64,000 bases of DNA from Oceanispirochaeta sp. (GTDB lineage: Bacteria > Spirochaetota > Spirochaetia > DSM-2461). Of the stretch, positions 40,701 through 50,754 are shown piece after piece; positions within the stretch are counted from its first letter, which is position 1, and each line of letters starts with the position of its first letter. Made by a program: the position numbers and the translations under genes. The DNA lies in contig CAXXXD010000002.1 of assembly GCA_963663385.2 (NCBI GenBank), positions 544,001 through 608,000 of the forward strand. The letters are read 5' to 3'. The notes beneath the pieces are model-generated. The model was not told the DNA's origin. It searched no databases and saw only the letters and a list, made by a program, of their open reading frames with translations.

Positions 40701-41348
40701 CTAGCTTATCAGCATCGTATCATGAATGGAATTGATATCACTGATTAACAACTTTTCTGCCATATCAAAGTCATGTTTTTCAAGAGCATGAAAAATTTGC
40801 TTATGTGACTCGGAATTAAAAGTCAGATACGTTTCCGGTGTTTCATTCCAGAATAGTTGCATATTAATTCTTCTTAGAAGATTCAGTGTATCATTGAGTG
40901 CTTTTGTTAATAGCGAGTTGTTCGCACATAAAACCAATCCAATATGAAATTGAATGTTATACTCCCACCATTGGCTTAATTCGACATTTTCCATATCGCC
41001 TGGAATAGATGTATCGACAATCGTACTTTCCAGGGCTTCCAATTGTCTGGACGTCATCCTCTCCTTCGAAAGAGATAATCCCTGTGTTTCCAGGATGATC
41101 CTGAACTGAATGGCCTCTCTAAAGTCCCGCTCGGTCAACTGAAGGATCTGATAGCCGGAGCGTGGAATATTCCTGATGATATTTTCATTGCACAGTTCAA
41201 TCAAGGCTTCTCTGACCGGCGCTTTGCTGACATGGAACATCTCAGCCAATTCGCCTTCCTTGAGAAATTCTGTCATGGGGAATCTATTCCGCATAATCAT
41301 GTCCATAATCTCGTCATGGATCTTTTTCTTTAATGTAACGCTCTTCAT
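40701..41348 (-). CDS. GntR-family (FCD) regulator
   Basis: EGELAEMFHVSKAPVREAL; NIQFH; H..IF.AL. Confidence 0.9.
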   Translation of the reverse strand: MKSVTLKKKIHDEIMDMIMRNRFPMTEFLKEGELAEMFHVSKAPVREALIELCNENIIRNIPRSGYQILQLTERDFREAIQFRIILETQGLSLSKERMTSRQLEALESTIVDTSIPGDMENVELSQWWEYNIQFHIGLVLCANNSLLTKALNDTLNLLRRINMQLFWNETPETYLTFNSESHKQIFHALEKHDFDMAEKLLISDINSIHDTMLIS

Positions 41349-41482
41349 TCGGGTATCATCCTGTCTTTTTTCTATAGATTACCGGTTTTTGGATAAAAAA
41401 GCAATATAATATTGACAGAAATAATGTTAGATAACATAATACTGGTATGATTAGAGATATGAATAACAACGGAGGTTATTGA

Positions 41483-42454
41483 ATGAATAAAAAAGAAAGA
41501 ATTGATGCTGTACTGCAGGGGAATGATGTTGATCACGTCCCGGCGGCATTTTACTACCACTTTCCGGATGAACAGTTCTTCGGTGAAGAAGCGGTTAAAG
41601 CACATCTGGATCTTTACCGGAAAACAGACCCCGATTTTCTGAAGATCATGAATGAAAATAAACTGGAAGCGGAAATAACTATTAAGACAGCTGATGACTG
41701 GAAACATGTAAAACCGATTACGGGAAAGGAAAAGTATATCCAGAATCAGCTCGATATCATAAAAGCCCTGGCTGATGAAGTCGGCCATGAAACCTACTTG
41801 TTTACTACTATTCACGGTGTTTTCGCTTCGGCTTTTCATCTGACACAGGCCGGCGATGAAGATCTGGCTTACAACAACAAGGTTGATCATCACCTGAAAG
41901 AAAAACCGGAAATTGTAGAACGAGCCCTGGAAATCATTGCGGAAAGTCTGGTTCTCCTTACACAGAAGTGCATCGAAGCCGGAGCAGACGGGATCTACTA
42001 TGCAGCTCTTGGAGCGGAATCGTATCGTTTTACAGAAGAGCAATTCAATCGCTGGATAAAACCAAACGATCTTATGATTCTGAATGCAGCAGAGAAAGCG
42101 ACACCCCTCTGCAATATCCTTCATATGTGCAAGGACCAGCTGCAAATGAATCTGTATAAGGATTATCCCGGAGCTATAGCGAACTGGGCTATCTATGAAG
42201 AGAATCTGAGCCTGATGGAAGGGACCAGGCTTTTCAACAGACCGATTCTGGGAGGTCTGGATGATCGAAAGGGGATTCTGATTGAAGGGTCAAAAGAACA
42301 GATCTCCCGGGAAGTTACCCGAATCCTGGATGAATACGGAACAAAGGGGTTTATTCTCGGGGCTGACTGTACCCTCCCTACAGACATTGATCTCGGTCGG
42401 ATCAGAACGGCTATTGAAGCCGCCAGGAATTATAGTAATGTGAAAAATGCATAG
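41483..42454 (+). CDS. Uroporphyrinogen decarboxylase-like (URO-D/CIMS) TIM-barrel protein of unknown function
   Basis: MNKKERIDAV, AGADGIYYA, ILHMC, ILGGLD, FILGADCTLP. Confidence 0.85.
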   Translation: MNKKERIDAVLQGNDVDHVPAAFYYHFPDEQFFGEEAVKAHLDLYRKTDPDFLKIMNENKLEAEITIKTADDWKHVKPITGKEKYIQNQLDIIKALADEVGHETYLFTTIHGVFASAFHLTQAGDEDLAYNNKVDHHLKEKPEIVERALEIIAESLVLLTQKCIEAGADGIYYAALGAESYRFTEEQFNRWIKPNDLMILNAAEKATPLCNILHMCKDQLQMNLYKDYPGAIANWAIYEENLSLMEGTRLFNRPILGGLDDRKGILIEGSKEQISREVTRILDEYGTKGFILGADCTLPTDIDLGRIRTAIEAARNYSNVKNA

Positions 42455-42484
42455 TTTTGCATTAAAATAAAACGGAGGAAAATT

Positions 42485-43837
42485 ATGAAAAAAAAACGTA
42501 TTCTGTTTACCGTAATTGCTTGCCTGATGGCGGGGACGTTCGTTTATGCAAACGGAACTCAGGAAGGCGGAACAGGTCAAGGCTACCCCGAAGGAACGAT
42601 GGAGCTGTATGACTATGGACAGCCTCAGTACTGGCTTCAGTTTTTTACCACTTACCTTCAGGAGCATCCGAACGCGGCGCCGGGTGTAACAGTTGAAACT
42701 GTTCAGACGGAAGGGGAAGCCGATGTCCGTCAGAAAGTTCAAATGTCTTTTACTTCCGGAGCTTATGATGAGCTGCCCGATGCTATTGCTTCAGCTCCCG
42801 TAAGTATGCAGGCTCTGGCGAAAGATGGCGTACTTGTGGATGTTACCGATTATCTGGAACCACTAAGGAGCCGGTTTGTGGATGGTACATTTGATCAGAT
42901 TACCTATAAAGGAAGGATCTATGGTCTTCCCAAAAGCCTCCGTCCTCAACTCCTGTTCTATAATAATGATATCTTTGAGGCTTATGGTATTGACCCCTCA
43001 GAAATGGATACGGTGGAAGGATATATCAATGTAGGGAGAAAATTGCGGGACGCCAGCAATGGCTATGTATTCCTTTCCTATGTCGATCCCGGTTCCAGAA
43101 CATGGAGATACTACGGTAGGAGGGGATTCATGCCTCAGGCAGGCGCCAGCATCTGGGATGATGAAGGGAATGTTGTAATCGATAAAGATCCTGGAGCGAA
43201 ATTGGCTTTTTCAACAATCGCTACGTTGTATGAAGAGAACCTGTTAATGAAAACCAGTATTTTTCAGCCGCCTTTATATGAGGCCTGCCGGGACGGGAAG
43301 GTCGCGACTTTCTATATAGGTGCATTCTGGGATGAGTTTCTGCGGAAAAATGTGGAAGATATGACCGGGTCGTGGAGAGTTATGGTTGCACCGATGTACG
43401 CTGATCTTGCGACACGTGGAGCTCCCGTTATTAATATTCAGTGTCTGGTAAATAAACCTGGCACTCCTTACTCCGGTTTATATAAAGAGATATGGGAAAC
43501 TTTCCACTTTAATGGGGATGCCAGGAAAGCCTGGACGGATAGTATGGTTCAGCAGAATGCACCATACCCCAACCCGATTACTCCCGAACTGCTTGCTGAT
43601 TCCTACTGGAAAGAACCTTGTGATTTTTACGGTGGACAGTCTTTCCGGGAAATTGAAGGCTTGGGACTGGTCAATCCCTCCACAAATATGCGTGTAACCA
43701 AAGACGATGCCGAAGCGGATTTGATCATTTCTGCCGAACTGGAGAAATATATTGCCGGAGACCAGACTATGGAACAGGCCATTGCCAATATGGGTAAAAA
43801 TCTCCGTGTAAAAATCGGAAAAACGGAAGCAAAATAG
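42485..43837 (+). CDS. Carbohydrate-type ABC substrate-binding protein
   Basis: Signal ...VYANGTQE; ELPDAI, GRIYGLP, LFYNNDIF. Confidence 0.88.
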   Translation: MKKKRILFTVIACLMAGTFVYANGTQEGGTGQGYPEGTMELYDYGQPQYWLQFFTTYLQEHPNAAPGVTVETVQTEGEADVRQKVQMSFTSGAYDELPDAIASAPVSMQALAKDGVLVDVTDYLEPLRSRFVDGTFDQITYKGRIYGLPKSLRPQLLFYNNDIFEAYGIDPSEMDTVEGYINVGRKLRDASNGYVFLSYVDPGSRTWRYYGRRGFMPQAGASIWDDEGNVVIDKDPGAKLAFSTIATLYEENLLMKTSIFQPPLYEACRDGKVATFYIGAFWDEFLRKNVEDMTGSWRVMVAPMYADLATRGAPVINIQCLVNKPGTPYSGLYKEIWETFHFNGDARKAWTDSMVQQNAPYPNPITPELLADSYWKEPCDFYGGQSFREIEGLGLVNPSTNMRVTKDDAEADLIISAELEKYIAGDQTMEQAIANMGKNLRVKIGKTEAK

Positions 43838-43897
43838 GATATTAAATACAGGCGCAGAGCATCGGGGAAGGTGCTCTGTGCTTACCGGAGTTAAAAA

Positions 43898-44800
43898 ATG
43901 AAACAGAAATCAACGAACCAATTGATTTGTTCGATTATAAAATATAAAAACTGCTATTTTTTTATTGCCCCTTTTTTTCTGCTGTTTGTCGTTTTTCAGC
44001 TGTTTCCGATTATCTGGTCGTTTCTGCTGAGCTTTAAAGAATGGAACGGACTTGGTACTGCGGAATTTGTCGGTTTTAAAAATTATACCAATCTCTTTAT
44101 CGATGAAATGTTTCTGGACGCACTAAAAAACACACTGATTTACTGGGTATGCAGCCTTGCCCTGGTATTACCCTTTGCTCTGCTCCTATCTTCTCTGCTT
44201 ACTGCAACGGATCTAACGGGAAAGAATCTATATAAAACTATAACCTTTCTTCCCTACATTACTGCGACAGTTGCGGTCGGGCTGATCTTCAGTATTATGT
44301 TCGATTACAATTCCGGCCTGATCAATCAGATTCTCGCCATCTTCGGGATTGAACCCGTTCAATGGCTTATCAGCACCCGGTTATCAAAAATCCCGGTCAT
44401 TCTGTTAAATGTATGGCGCGTTACACCATGGCATACCATGATTTTGATTTCAGGACTGCTGACAATACCTCAGGAACTGTATGAATCGGCCACCATAGAC
44501 GGAGCGAATGCAATTCAGAAGTTTTTTTATATCACTATTCCAGGTTTATCCAATATCCTTTTCTTCTGTTTTATTACGCTTTCGGTAGACACATGGAAGA
44601 TTTTTACCGAGCCCTATATTCTGACAAAAGGAGGACCCGGAACATCGTCCATATCCCTTTTTCAATATTTATATGTAAACGGATTCTCCATTTTCAAGCT
44701 TGGTTATGCATCTGCTATCGGGTATATGCTGACTTTCATCCTTCTGGCTATTTCGGTAGGACAATTTAAAATCATGAAAAATGACTCAATGGAGAAATAA
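43898..44800 (+). CDS. Carbohydrate ABC permease (MalF-like)
   Basis: ELYESATIDGA...FFYITIP; GGPG. Confidence 0.92.
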   Translation: MKQKSTNQLICSIIKYKNCYFFIAPFFLLFVVFQLFPIIWSFLLSFKEWNGLGTAEFVGFKNYTNLFIDEMFLDALKNTLIYWVCSLALVLPFALLLSSLLTATDLTGKNLYKTITFLPYITATVAVGLIFSIMFDYNSGLINQILAIFGIEPVQWLISTRLSKIPVILLNVWRVTPWHTMILISGLLTIPQELYESATIDGANAIQKFFYITIPGLSNILFFCFITLSVDTWKIFTEPYILTKGGPGTSSISLFQYLYVNGFSIFKLGYASAIGYMLTFILLAISVGQFKIMKNDSMEK

Positions 44801-44802
44801 CT

Positions 44803-45648
44803 ATGAAAGGGAAATCTATATCTTATAAAAAACGTTCAAACAGCATTGTTCATATTTTACTGATTTTCTGCTCTGTCATAGCGGTATTTCCTGTTTTGTG
44901 GATGTTCCTGACATCCTTTAAACCGATTGATGAGAGTTTCAGTACAATCGGATCAATGTTTACTCAAAACCCCACTCTGCAGAACTTTGTTGGAGTAACA
45001 GCACTGATTCCTCTGGGAAGAAACTTTCTGAACAGTGTTATTGTCAGTCTTTCCGGAACAGTCATTACTGTATTTTTCTGTTCCCTTGCGGGGTTCGCTT
45101 TTGCCAAGTTTCCGTTTCCAGGCAGACGGATCCTGTTCTTCTTCCTTCTGGCGACAATGATGATCCCGCCGGAGGCCGGAGTCATCCCGGTATTTATCAT
45201 TATGCGGAAATTCGGATGGATCAACAGCCTTTGGTCATTAATCGTACCCAGGGCAGCAACTGCGGTAGGTATCTTCTATATGACCCAGTATATTTCGGAT
45301 TTTCCTACAGAAATTATGGAGCAGGCCAGAATTGACGGTTGTACAGATTTCCGGATTTATTGGCAGATCGTTCTTCCGGTAATAACACCGGCCCTTTCGT
45401 CCTGGGCATCGTTGGCCTTGATTGCCAGATGGAATGATTTTTTCTGGCCTTTGATTTTTCTGCGGACCAAAGAGATGTTTACCCTGATGGTATCGATCTC
45501 CCTGCTTCCGGTGAGTGAAGGTTTGTCGACTCCCTGGCCGGTCATTATGGCAGGGACAACTATTGCCGTAATGCCTCTTTTACTGATGTACATAATATTG
45601 ACACGATTTCAGAAAGCCGGAATGGCAGCCGGTGCTGTAAAAGGCTAA
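44803..45648 (+). CDS. Carbohydrate ABC permease (MalG-like)
   Basis: EQARIDGC, WNDFFWPL, GAVKG. Confidence 0.92.
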   Translation: MKGKSISYKKRSNSIVHILLIFCSVIAVFPVLWMFLTSFKPIDESFSTIGSMFTQNPTLQNFVGVTALIPLGRNFLNSVIVSLSGTVITVFFCSLAGFAFAKFPFPGRRILFFFLLATMMIPPEAGVIPVFIIMRKFGWINSLWSLIVPRAATAVGIFYMTQYISDFPTEIMEQARIDGCTDFRIYWQIVLPVITPALSSWASLALIARWNDFFWPLIFLRTKEMFTLMVSISLLPVSEGLSTPWPVIMAGTTIAVMPLLLMYIILTRFQKAGMAAGAVKG

Positions 45649-45681
45649 TACATTATTACCACTTAAAATGGAGATTCTCAT

Positions 45682-46965
45682 ATGAAAGTAAAGAATGCAG
45701 AAATGCTGCAGATTCTAAGGGCGGAGCTAGCTCCGGCAGTTGGCTGTACCGAGCCGGCAGCTGTTGCCCTAACATGCGCTAAAGGAAAAAAATACCTTGA
45801 TTCCGATCTGAAACAGATGGTTGTTAATGTAAGCAGAAACATCTATAAAAACGGCCTTATGGTTGGAATCCCCGGTACCAGTCAAAAAGGCCTTCTTATT
45901 GCTGCCGCTCTGGGTTATGTTTGCGGAAACGCAGAAGCAGAACTTGAGGTTCTGAAGGATGTCTCGGCTGAATGTACGGAGAAAGCAGAAAAACTGATAG
46001 CCTCTTCCGCTGTTTCGATAAAACTTGATGAATCCCGCAATGGTATCTATATCAGGACAGTAATGGAAGATCATGATGGCAATACGGTAGAAATTGTTCT
46101 GGAAGGAAGACATACTTATATTTCAGCTTTGAAGAAGAATGAAGAAGTTCTGCTGAATAATCCCTACCTTGATGAAGACAAGACAGGTGGAGAGAGCGGC
46201 AGCTGTATGTCTATCCAATCCATTTTTCAGTTTTCCCGTGAGTGCGCCGTCGAAGATATTGCTTTTCTGAAAGAATATGCCAATATGAATGTAGAGGCAG
46301 CCAAACACGGTATGACGAAGAACTATGGCTTATCCATTGGACGGCTAATGTATCAGGGGGATTCCGGCCGGCAGACGAGTGTGCTGGATCATCAGACGAT
46401 ACTGGAAGCTTCCTCTCTGACAGCCAGTGCTTCGGACGCCAGAATGGCCGGATGTAACTCTCCCATTATGACCAACTCTGGAAGCGGGAATCAGGGGATA
46501 ACTGCTGCAGTCCCGGTCTGTTTTATCAGCGACCGGATGAAAACCGATCCAGAAATGACTATCAGGGCCCTCTGCCTTAGCAATCTCATTGCCATATATC
46601 TGAAACAGCGTTCCGATAGACTATCGGCATTTTGCGGTACTGTTACTGCTGCAATCGGAGCCGCTTGTGGCGTTGGTTTCCTCTTTGGGGCGGAACTGCA
46701 GTGTATAGAGGACATTATCAACACCGCTTTCAGTGGAATTTCCGGAATGATCTGTGACGGGGCTAAGTCAAGCTGTGCCTTGAAAATTCTGCTCGCGGTG
46801 GAAAATGCGCTTCTTTCTGCTAAATTGGTACTGGAAAATCATCATGTCCCTCATGGTGAAGGTATTGTATGCAAATCAGCGGAAGAAACGATTGATAATA
46901 TCCATACCCTGACTATGCAGGGTATGCGTTCGACAGACGATACGATTATTTCTATTATGAAATAA
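45682..46965 (+). CDS. L-cysteine desulfidase / serine dehydratase alpha-like protein (CyuA/YhaM family)
   Basis: PAVGCTEPAAVAL, SDARMAG, NSGSGNQGI, LSAFCG, GMICDGAKSSCALK. Confidence 0.88.
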   Translation: MKVKNAEMLQILRAELAPAVGCTEPAAVALTCAKGKKYLDSDLKQMVVNVSRNIYKNGLMVGIPGTSQKGLLIAAALGYVCGNAEAELEVLKDVSAECTEKAEKLIASSAVSIKLDESRNGIYIRTVMEDHDGNTVEIVLEGRHTYISALKKNEEVLLNNPYLDEDKTGGESGSCMSIQSIFQFSRECAVEDIAFLKEYANMNVEAAKHGMTKNYGLSIGRLMYQGDSGRQTSVLDHQTILEASSLTASASDARMAGCNSPIMTNSGSGNQGITAAVPVCFISDRMKTDPEMTIRALCLSNLIAIYLKQRSDRLSAFCGTVTAAIGAACGVGFLFGAELQCIEDIINTAFSGISGMICDGAKSSCALKILLAVENALLSAKLVLENHHVPHGEGIVCKSAEETIDNIHTLTMQGMRSTDDTIISIMK

Positions 46966-46971
46966 ACAAAT

Positions 46972-47000
46972 AGGGCTCCTTGTAAATCAGGGAGCCTTTT
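46972..47000 (+). terminator. Intrinsic terminator
   Basis: GGCTCC...GGAGCC followed by TTTT. Confidence 0.7.
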
Positions 47001-47113
47001 CCTTGAAATAATACTTTTCTCTCAAATTGTATTTGAAAGGACCTAATAAAATAGCTGCCGGACATAAATCGAAACACCCTTGACCGGACCGTCCTCATTT
47101 TTTATGATAATCC

Positions 47114-47189
47114 TGCCCTGTAACTGACGCAGAAGGGGAGGATACCCCGGGGGAGCAGAGCAAATCTATTAAAGCCGCGCGTCTGGGCT
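47114..47189 (+). ncRNA. ZMP/ZTP (pfl) riboswitch
   Basis: GCCCTGTAACTGACG...GGGG..CCCCGGGGGAGCAGAGC, an A-rich linker, then AAGCCGCGCGTCTGGGC; matches the pfl consensus and lies upstream of glyA, a typical regulated gene. Confidence 0.88.
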
Positions 47190-47254
47190 GCAACCCGGAT
47201 GCGTCATGTCATATTTAAACTGTCGAAAATCCGGGTATTGCTGGAGGAGTTGCT

Positions 47255-48490
47255 ATGGAAAACCTCAAAAGCCGGGATCCCCTGCTGACAGAAATGATTA
47301 AGGAAGAAGAGAACCGCCAACGGGATAAAATCCGTCTGATCGCATCGGAAAACTATGTTTCCGCTGCGGTGCTGGAAGCGTCCGGAACCGTTTTAACCAA
47401 CAAGTATTCGGAAGGCTACAGCAGCAAGCGCTACTATGAAGGGCAGCAGATGATCGATAAGATCGAAGACCTTGCCACCGAACGGGCCAGAAAACTTTTC
47501 GGCGCCGATCATGCCAATGTGCAGCCCTATTCAGGGTCTCCCGCCAACCTGGCGGTCTACCTGGCTTTTATGAAACCCGGAGAAACCGCCCTTGGAATGG
47601 AGCTCTCCCACGGCGGGCATCTGACCCACGGCAGCCCCGTCAGTTTTTCCGGAAAATATTTTAATATAATCCACTATGGTTTGACCCCCGAGGGGGAGAT
47701 TGATTATGAGGCCATGGAAAAAGCGGCCCGCGAGTACAATCCAAAGATTATTATTGCGGGGCACTCCGCCTTTCCCGGTATCCCCGACTGGGAAAGGTTC
47801 AGAAAGATTGCCGATGAAGTCGGGGCGATTCTCTGGGTGGATATGGCCCACTTTGCCGGCCTGGTGGCCGGAGGCGTTCATCCCTCTCCCGTCCCCTATG
47901 CGGATGTGGTAACAACCACAACCCACAAAAGCCTGCGCGGTCCACGGGGCGGAATGATTCTCTGTAAAGCCGAGCATGCCGCAGCCATTGACAAGGCCGT
48001 CTTCCCCGGCTGTCAGGGGGGGCCTCATAACCATACGACCGCTGCCATTGCGGTTGCTCTGCTGGAAGCGGATACCCCCGAGTTCAGGGAGTATGCCGCC
48101 CGGATTGTTAAAAACGCCTCAGCCCTGGCCGATGCCCTGAGCGGATACGGATTCCAGCTGGTTTCGGGTGGAACGAAAAACCACCTGATGCTGATTGACC
48201 TGCGGAACAAGGGTATTACGGGAAAACAGGCCGCCAAGGCTATGGACCGGGCCGGAATTGTCTGCAACTACAACACAGTGCCCTTCGATGATGCCAAACC
48301 CTTCAACCCCAACGGCCTCCGTCTGGGAACCCCTGCGGTAACATCCCGCGGGATGAAAGAGGAGGAGATGAAGAAGATTGCCTCTTTTATCAACAAGGCA
48401 GTGGAGAACTGGCAGGATGAAGACCTGCTGGATGCCATGGCGGAAGAGGTAAAAACCTTCTGTGCCGCCTTTGTCCCCCCCGGACTCTAA
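47255..48490 (+). CDS. glyA: Serine hydroxymethyltransferase
   Basis: [33 protein letters not shown]. Confidence 0.97.
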   Translation: MENLKSRDPLLTEMIKEEENRQRDKIRLIASENYVSAAVLEASGTVLTNKYSEGYSSKRYYEGQQMIDKIEDLATERARKLFGADHANVQPYSGSPANLAVYLAFMKPGETALGMELSHGGHLTHGSPVSFSGKYFNIIHYGLTPEGEIDYEAMEKAAREYNPKIIIAGHSAFPGIPDWERFRKIADEVGAILWVDMAHFAGLVAGGVHPSPVPYADVVTTTTHKSLRGPRGGMILCKAEHAAAIDKAVFPGCQGGPHNHTTAAIAVALLEADTPEFREYAARIVKNASALADALSGYGFQLVSGGTKNHLMLIDLRNKGITGKQAAKAMDRAGIVCNYNTVPFDDAKPFNPNGLRLGTPAVTSRGMKEEEMKKIASFINKAVENWQDEDLLDAMAEEVKTFCAAFVPPGL

Positions 48491-48515
48491 GCCTCCCTCC
48501 TGAATTCATTCTCTG

Positions 48516-48541
48516 AAACCGCTCTTTCGGGAGCGGTTTTT
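48516..48541 (+). terminator. glyA terminator
   Basis: AAACCGCTC-tttcgg-GAGCGGTTTTT. Confidence 0.8.
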
Positions 48542-48577
48542 CTTGAAAAAGTATTATACCAAAGTTATACTTAAAGT

Positions 48578-48823
48578 ATGAAAACAGCAATTTCTATCCC
48601 GGATAGCACATTCTATAAAGCAGAAGAAACGGCGGAAAAGCTGGGCCTGCCCCGTAGTCAACTCTATACAAGGGCTCTGGAAGAGTATATGAGCCGCCAT
48701 AGGCGGGAACTTGTAACTGAAAAGCTGAATGAAGTCTACAGAGACCGGCAGGAGAGGGATGTGGCTTTCCTGAACGCCGGGAGGGTGGGACTGAAGAAGT
48801 CGACAGAAGATGATTCGTGGTGA
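48578..48823 (+). CDS. RHH antitoxin (ChpI/MazE-like)
   Basis: MKTAISIPD...LGLPRSQLYTRALEEY; overlaps the toxin gene. Confidence 0.85.
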   Translation: MKTAISIPDSTFYKAEETAEKLGLPRSQLYTRALEEYMSRHRRELVTEKLNEVYRDRQERDVAFLNAGRVGLKKSTEDDSW

Positions 48824-49151
48824 AATATGGTGGGCGGATCTCGGATTGCCACAGGGCAGTGGACCCGGGTTCCGGAGACCGGTTGTTATTATTCAGGATG
48901 ATGCATTTAACCGCAGTCGGATTTCCACGGTCATCGTTGCATCCATTACATCAAACCTTGCCCTGGCTGAAGCCCCGGGAAATGTCTTTCTGGACGTCCG
49001 GGAGTCCAATCTTCCGAAGGACAGTGTGATTAATGTATCGCAGATTGCTACTCTGGATAAACTCTGTCTGATCGAAAAAGCCGGAGAGCTCCCCCCCGAT
49101 ACCCTGACAGAACTGAATCAGGGGCTGGAGCTGGTATTCGGGCTGCACTGA
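48810..49151 (+). CDS. PemK/MazF-family mRNA interferase toxin
   Basis: MIRGEIWWADL...GSGPGFRRPVVIIQDDAFN...SVINVSQIATLDK. Confidence 0.92.
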   Translation: MIRGEIWWADLGLPQGSGPGFRRPVVIIQDDAFNRSRISTVIVASITSNLALAEAPGNVFLDVRESNLPKDSVINVSQIATLDKLCLIEKAGELPPDTLTELNQGLELVFGLH

Positions 49152-49156
49152 GAACG

Positions 49157-49192
49157 GCACCGCGGCAGTTCGAAGGATATCTGCCGCGGTGC
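49157..49192. terminator. GC-rich hairpin between convergent genes
   Basis: GCACCGCGGCAG...CTGCCGCGGTGC perfect 12-bp stem. Confidence 0.65.
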
Positions 49193-49202
49193 AGGGTAGG
49201 AA

Positions 49203-50564
49203 TCAGGCTATCTTTACGCCCTGTCCGAGCAGTTCTTTCTGCAGGTGAGAAATAGATAGATTTCTGGGCAGGCAGTCCTCTTTTACGGAGAGGGCTGCTG
49301 CCGCACCGGCTCCCTGTCCGGTTACGGTGCAGCACATCATGTTCCGCATGGAGGTGTGGGCAATCACATCTGCCGAAATACAGCGTCCCGCAACCAGCAG
49401 GTTGTCGATCTTTTCCGGAACCAGACAGCCGTAGGGAATCTGATAATAACGTCCCGTCAGCGGGAGGATCAGGTAACCGCTCCCGTCGATAAACTCGGGG
49501 AATATCCCGATACTGTCCTCGCAGCGTCCCTGGTTGAGCACATGATCCTTGGTCACCCGGCTGACTCCGTTTATCTGACGGGATTCTCTGGTCCCCAGGG
49601 TCATGCCGAAGTTTCTCAATCTGGCATTTTCAAAGCCGGGAATGTAGTGACGGAAGGCGTCTATGGCCCACATGGCCTGTTTCCGTCCTTCAATTTCCGC
49701 TCTGGTCAGGTCCCATACATCGGTACAGTCGTAACCGAAGGAATAGATTACATTCAGACCGCAGGCTTCGCCCGCTTTGGTAAAAGTGCTCCAGGTACCG
49801 GCGATGGACTGGGCATCCTCCGGGATTACCCCTTCCTCCTGAGCTTTGGAGAAGACCTCCTCCAGATAGGGACTGAAGAGCTCATCTTCCTTTCCGCTGG
49901 TGATAATGGACCAGTTCTTTCCCCAGTCTCCGTAAGTCGGGTGGAGTTCTTCGTTGACATATCTCTGAAACTTTTCCGCATCAACGCCGGCGCAGTGGAA
50001 CATGACGGTTACGCCCATCAGTTCCTCTTTGTTCCGCTGGGTAAATGATGCGCCTGCCCGCTGAGCTACGTCACCGTCTCCCGTACAGTCAATAACCCGC
50101 CTGGCCAGAATGGCCTGTCGGCCGGATTTGCTTTCCGTAATAACCCCGGTTATCCGGTTTTCTTCCATGACAACATCGGTCATCTGGCAGTGGAGCAGTA
50201 CCTGTACGCCGGATTCCTCCATTATTCTGTCCGCAACGACCTTGAAACCCTCCGTATCTATGACATGGCTTTCCGATTGGGGCTCCTTTCGGGCGATACC
50301 TTCTTTCACGGCCCGCTGTTCGAATTCGCATCCGATTCCCTGGCAGTCTACTGTTCCTTCATGGCGGTACCAGGCAAATGATTCGACACCTACCTGTGTC
50401 ATGTTCCCGCCCAGGCAGCCGTACCTTTCCATCAGCAGGGTATCCGCTCCGGACCGGGCGGAAGCCAGAGCCGCAGCCAGACCGGAAGGTCCGCTGCCGA
50501 CAACCAGAACTTCTGTTTCAGCCATAACGGGTATTTCTCTTCTTTCTTCAATAACTTTTTTCAT
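49203..50564 (-). CDS. FAD-dependent oxidoreductase (PF12831-like)
   Basis: GSGPSG, IDCTGDGD, GTRESRQI, YQIPYGCLVP, AGRCIS, MRNMMCC. Confidence 0.9.
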   Translation of the reverse strand: MKKVIEERREIPVMAETEVLVVGSGPSGLAAALASARSGADTLLMERYGCLGGNMTQVGVESFAWYRHEGTVDCQGIGCEFEQRAVKEGIARKEPQSESHVIDTEGFKVVADRIMEESGVQVLLHCQMTDVVMEENRITGVITESKSGRQAILARRVIDCTGDGDVAQRAGASFTQRNKEELMGVTVMFHCAGVDAEKFQRYVNEELHPTYGDWGKNWSIITSGKEDELFSPYLEEVFSKAQEEGVIPEDAQSIAGTWSTFTKAGEACGLNVIYSFGYDCTDVWDLTRAEIEGRKQAMWAIDAFRHYIPGFENARLRNFGMTLGTRESRQINGVSRVTKDHVLNQGRCEDSIGIFPEFIDGSGYLILPLTGRYYQIPYGCLVPEKIDNLLVAGRCISADVIAHTSMRNMMCCTVTGQGAGAAAALSVKEDCLPRNLSISHLQKELLGQGVKIA

Positions 50565-50754
50565 TTTAAAATATATCCTGTATCAAGATAGGCATCTCAA
50601 ATCTACCGATCGGGCCATATCGTAAGTAAGGAGCTGTTGCAAAAACCCTGCAACAGCCCGCTCCCCACCTTCCTTCCTTTGGGAGAAGGATTCAGTGGGT
50701 AATATAATTATTTATCACCCTCTGCCTTTGGAAGAGGGGTAAAGGAGCGGTGGG

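Noticed and set aside
41483..42454. Calling this gene hemE
   Set aside because: Lacks the RQAGR motif of true HemE and has no tetrapyrrole gene context
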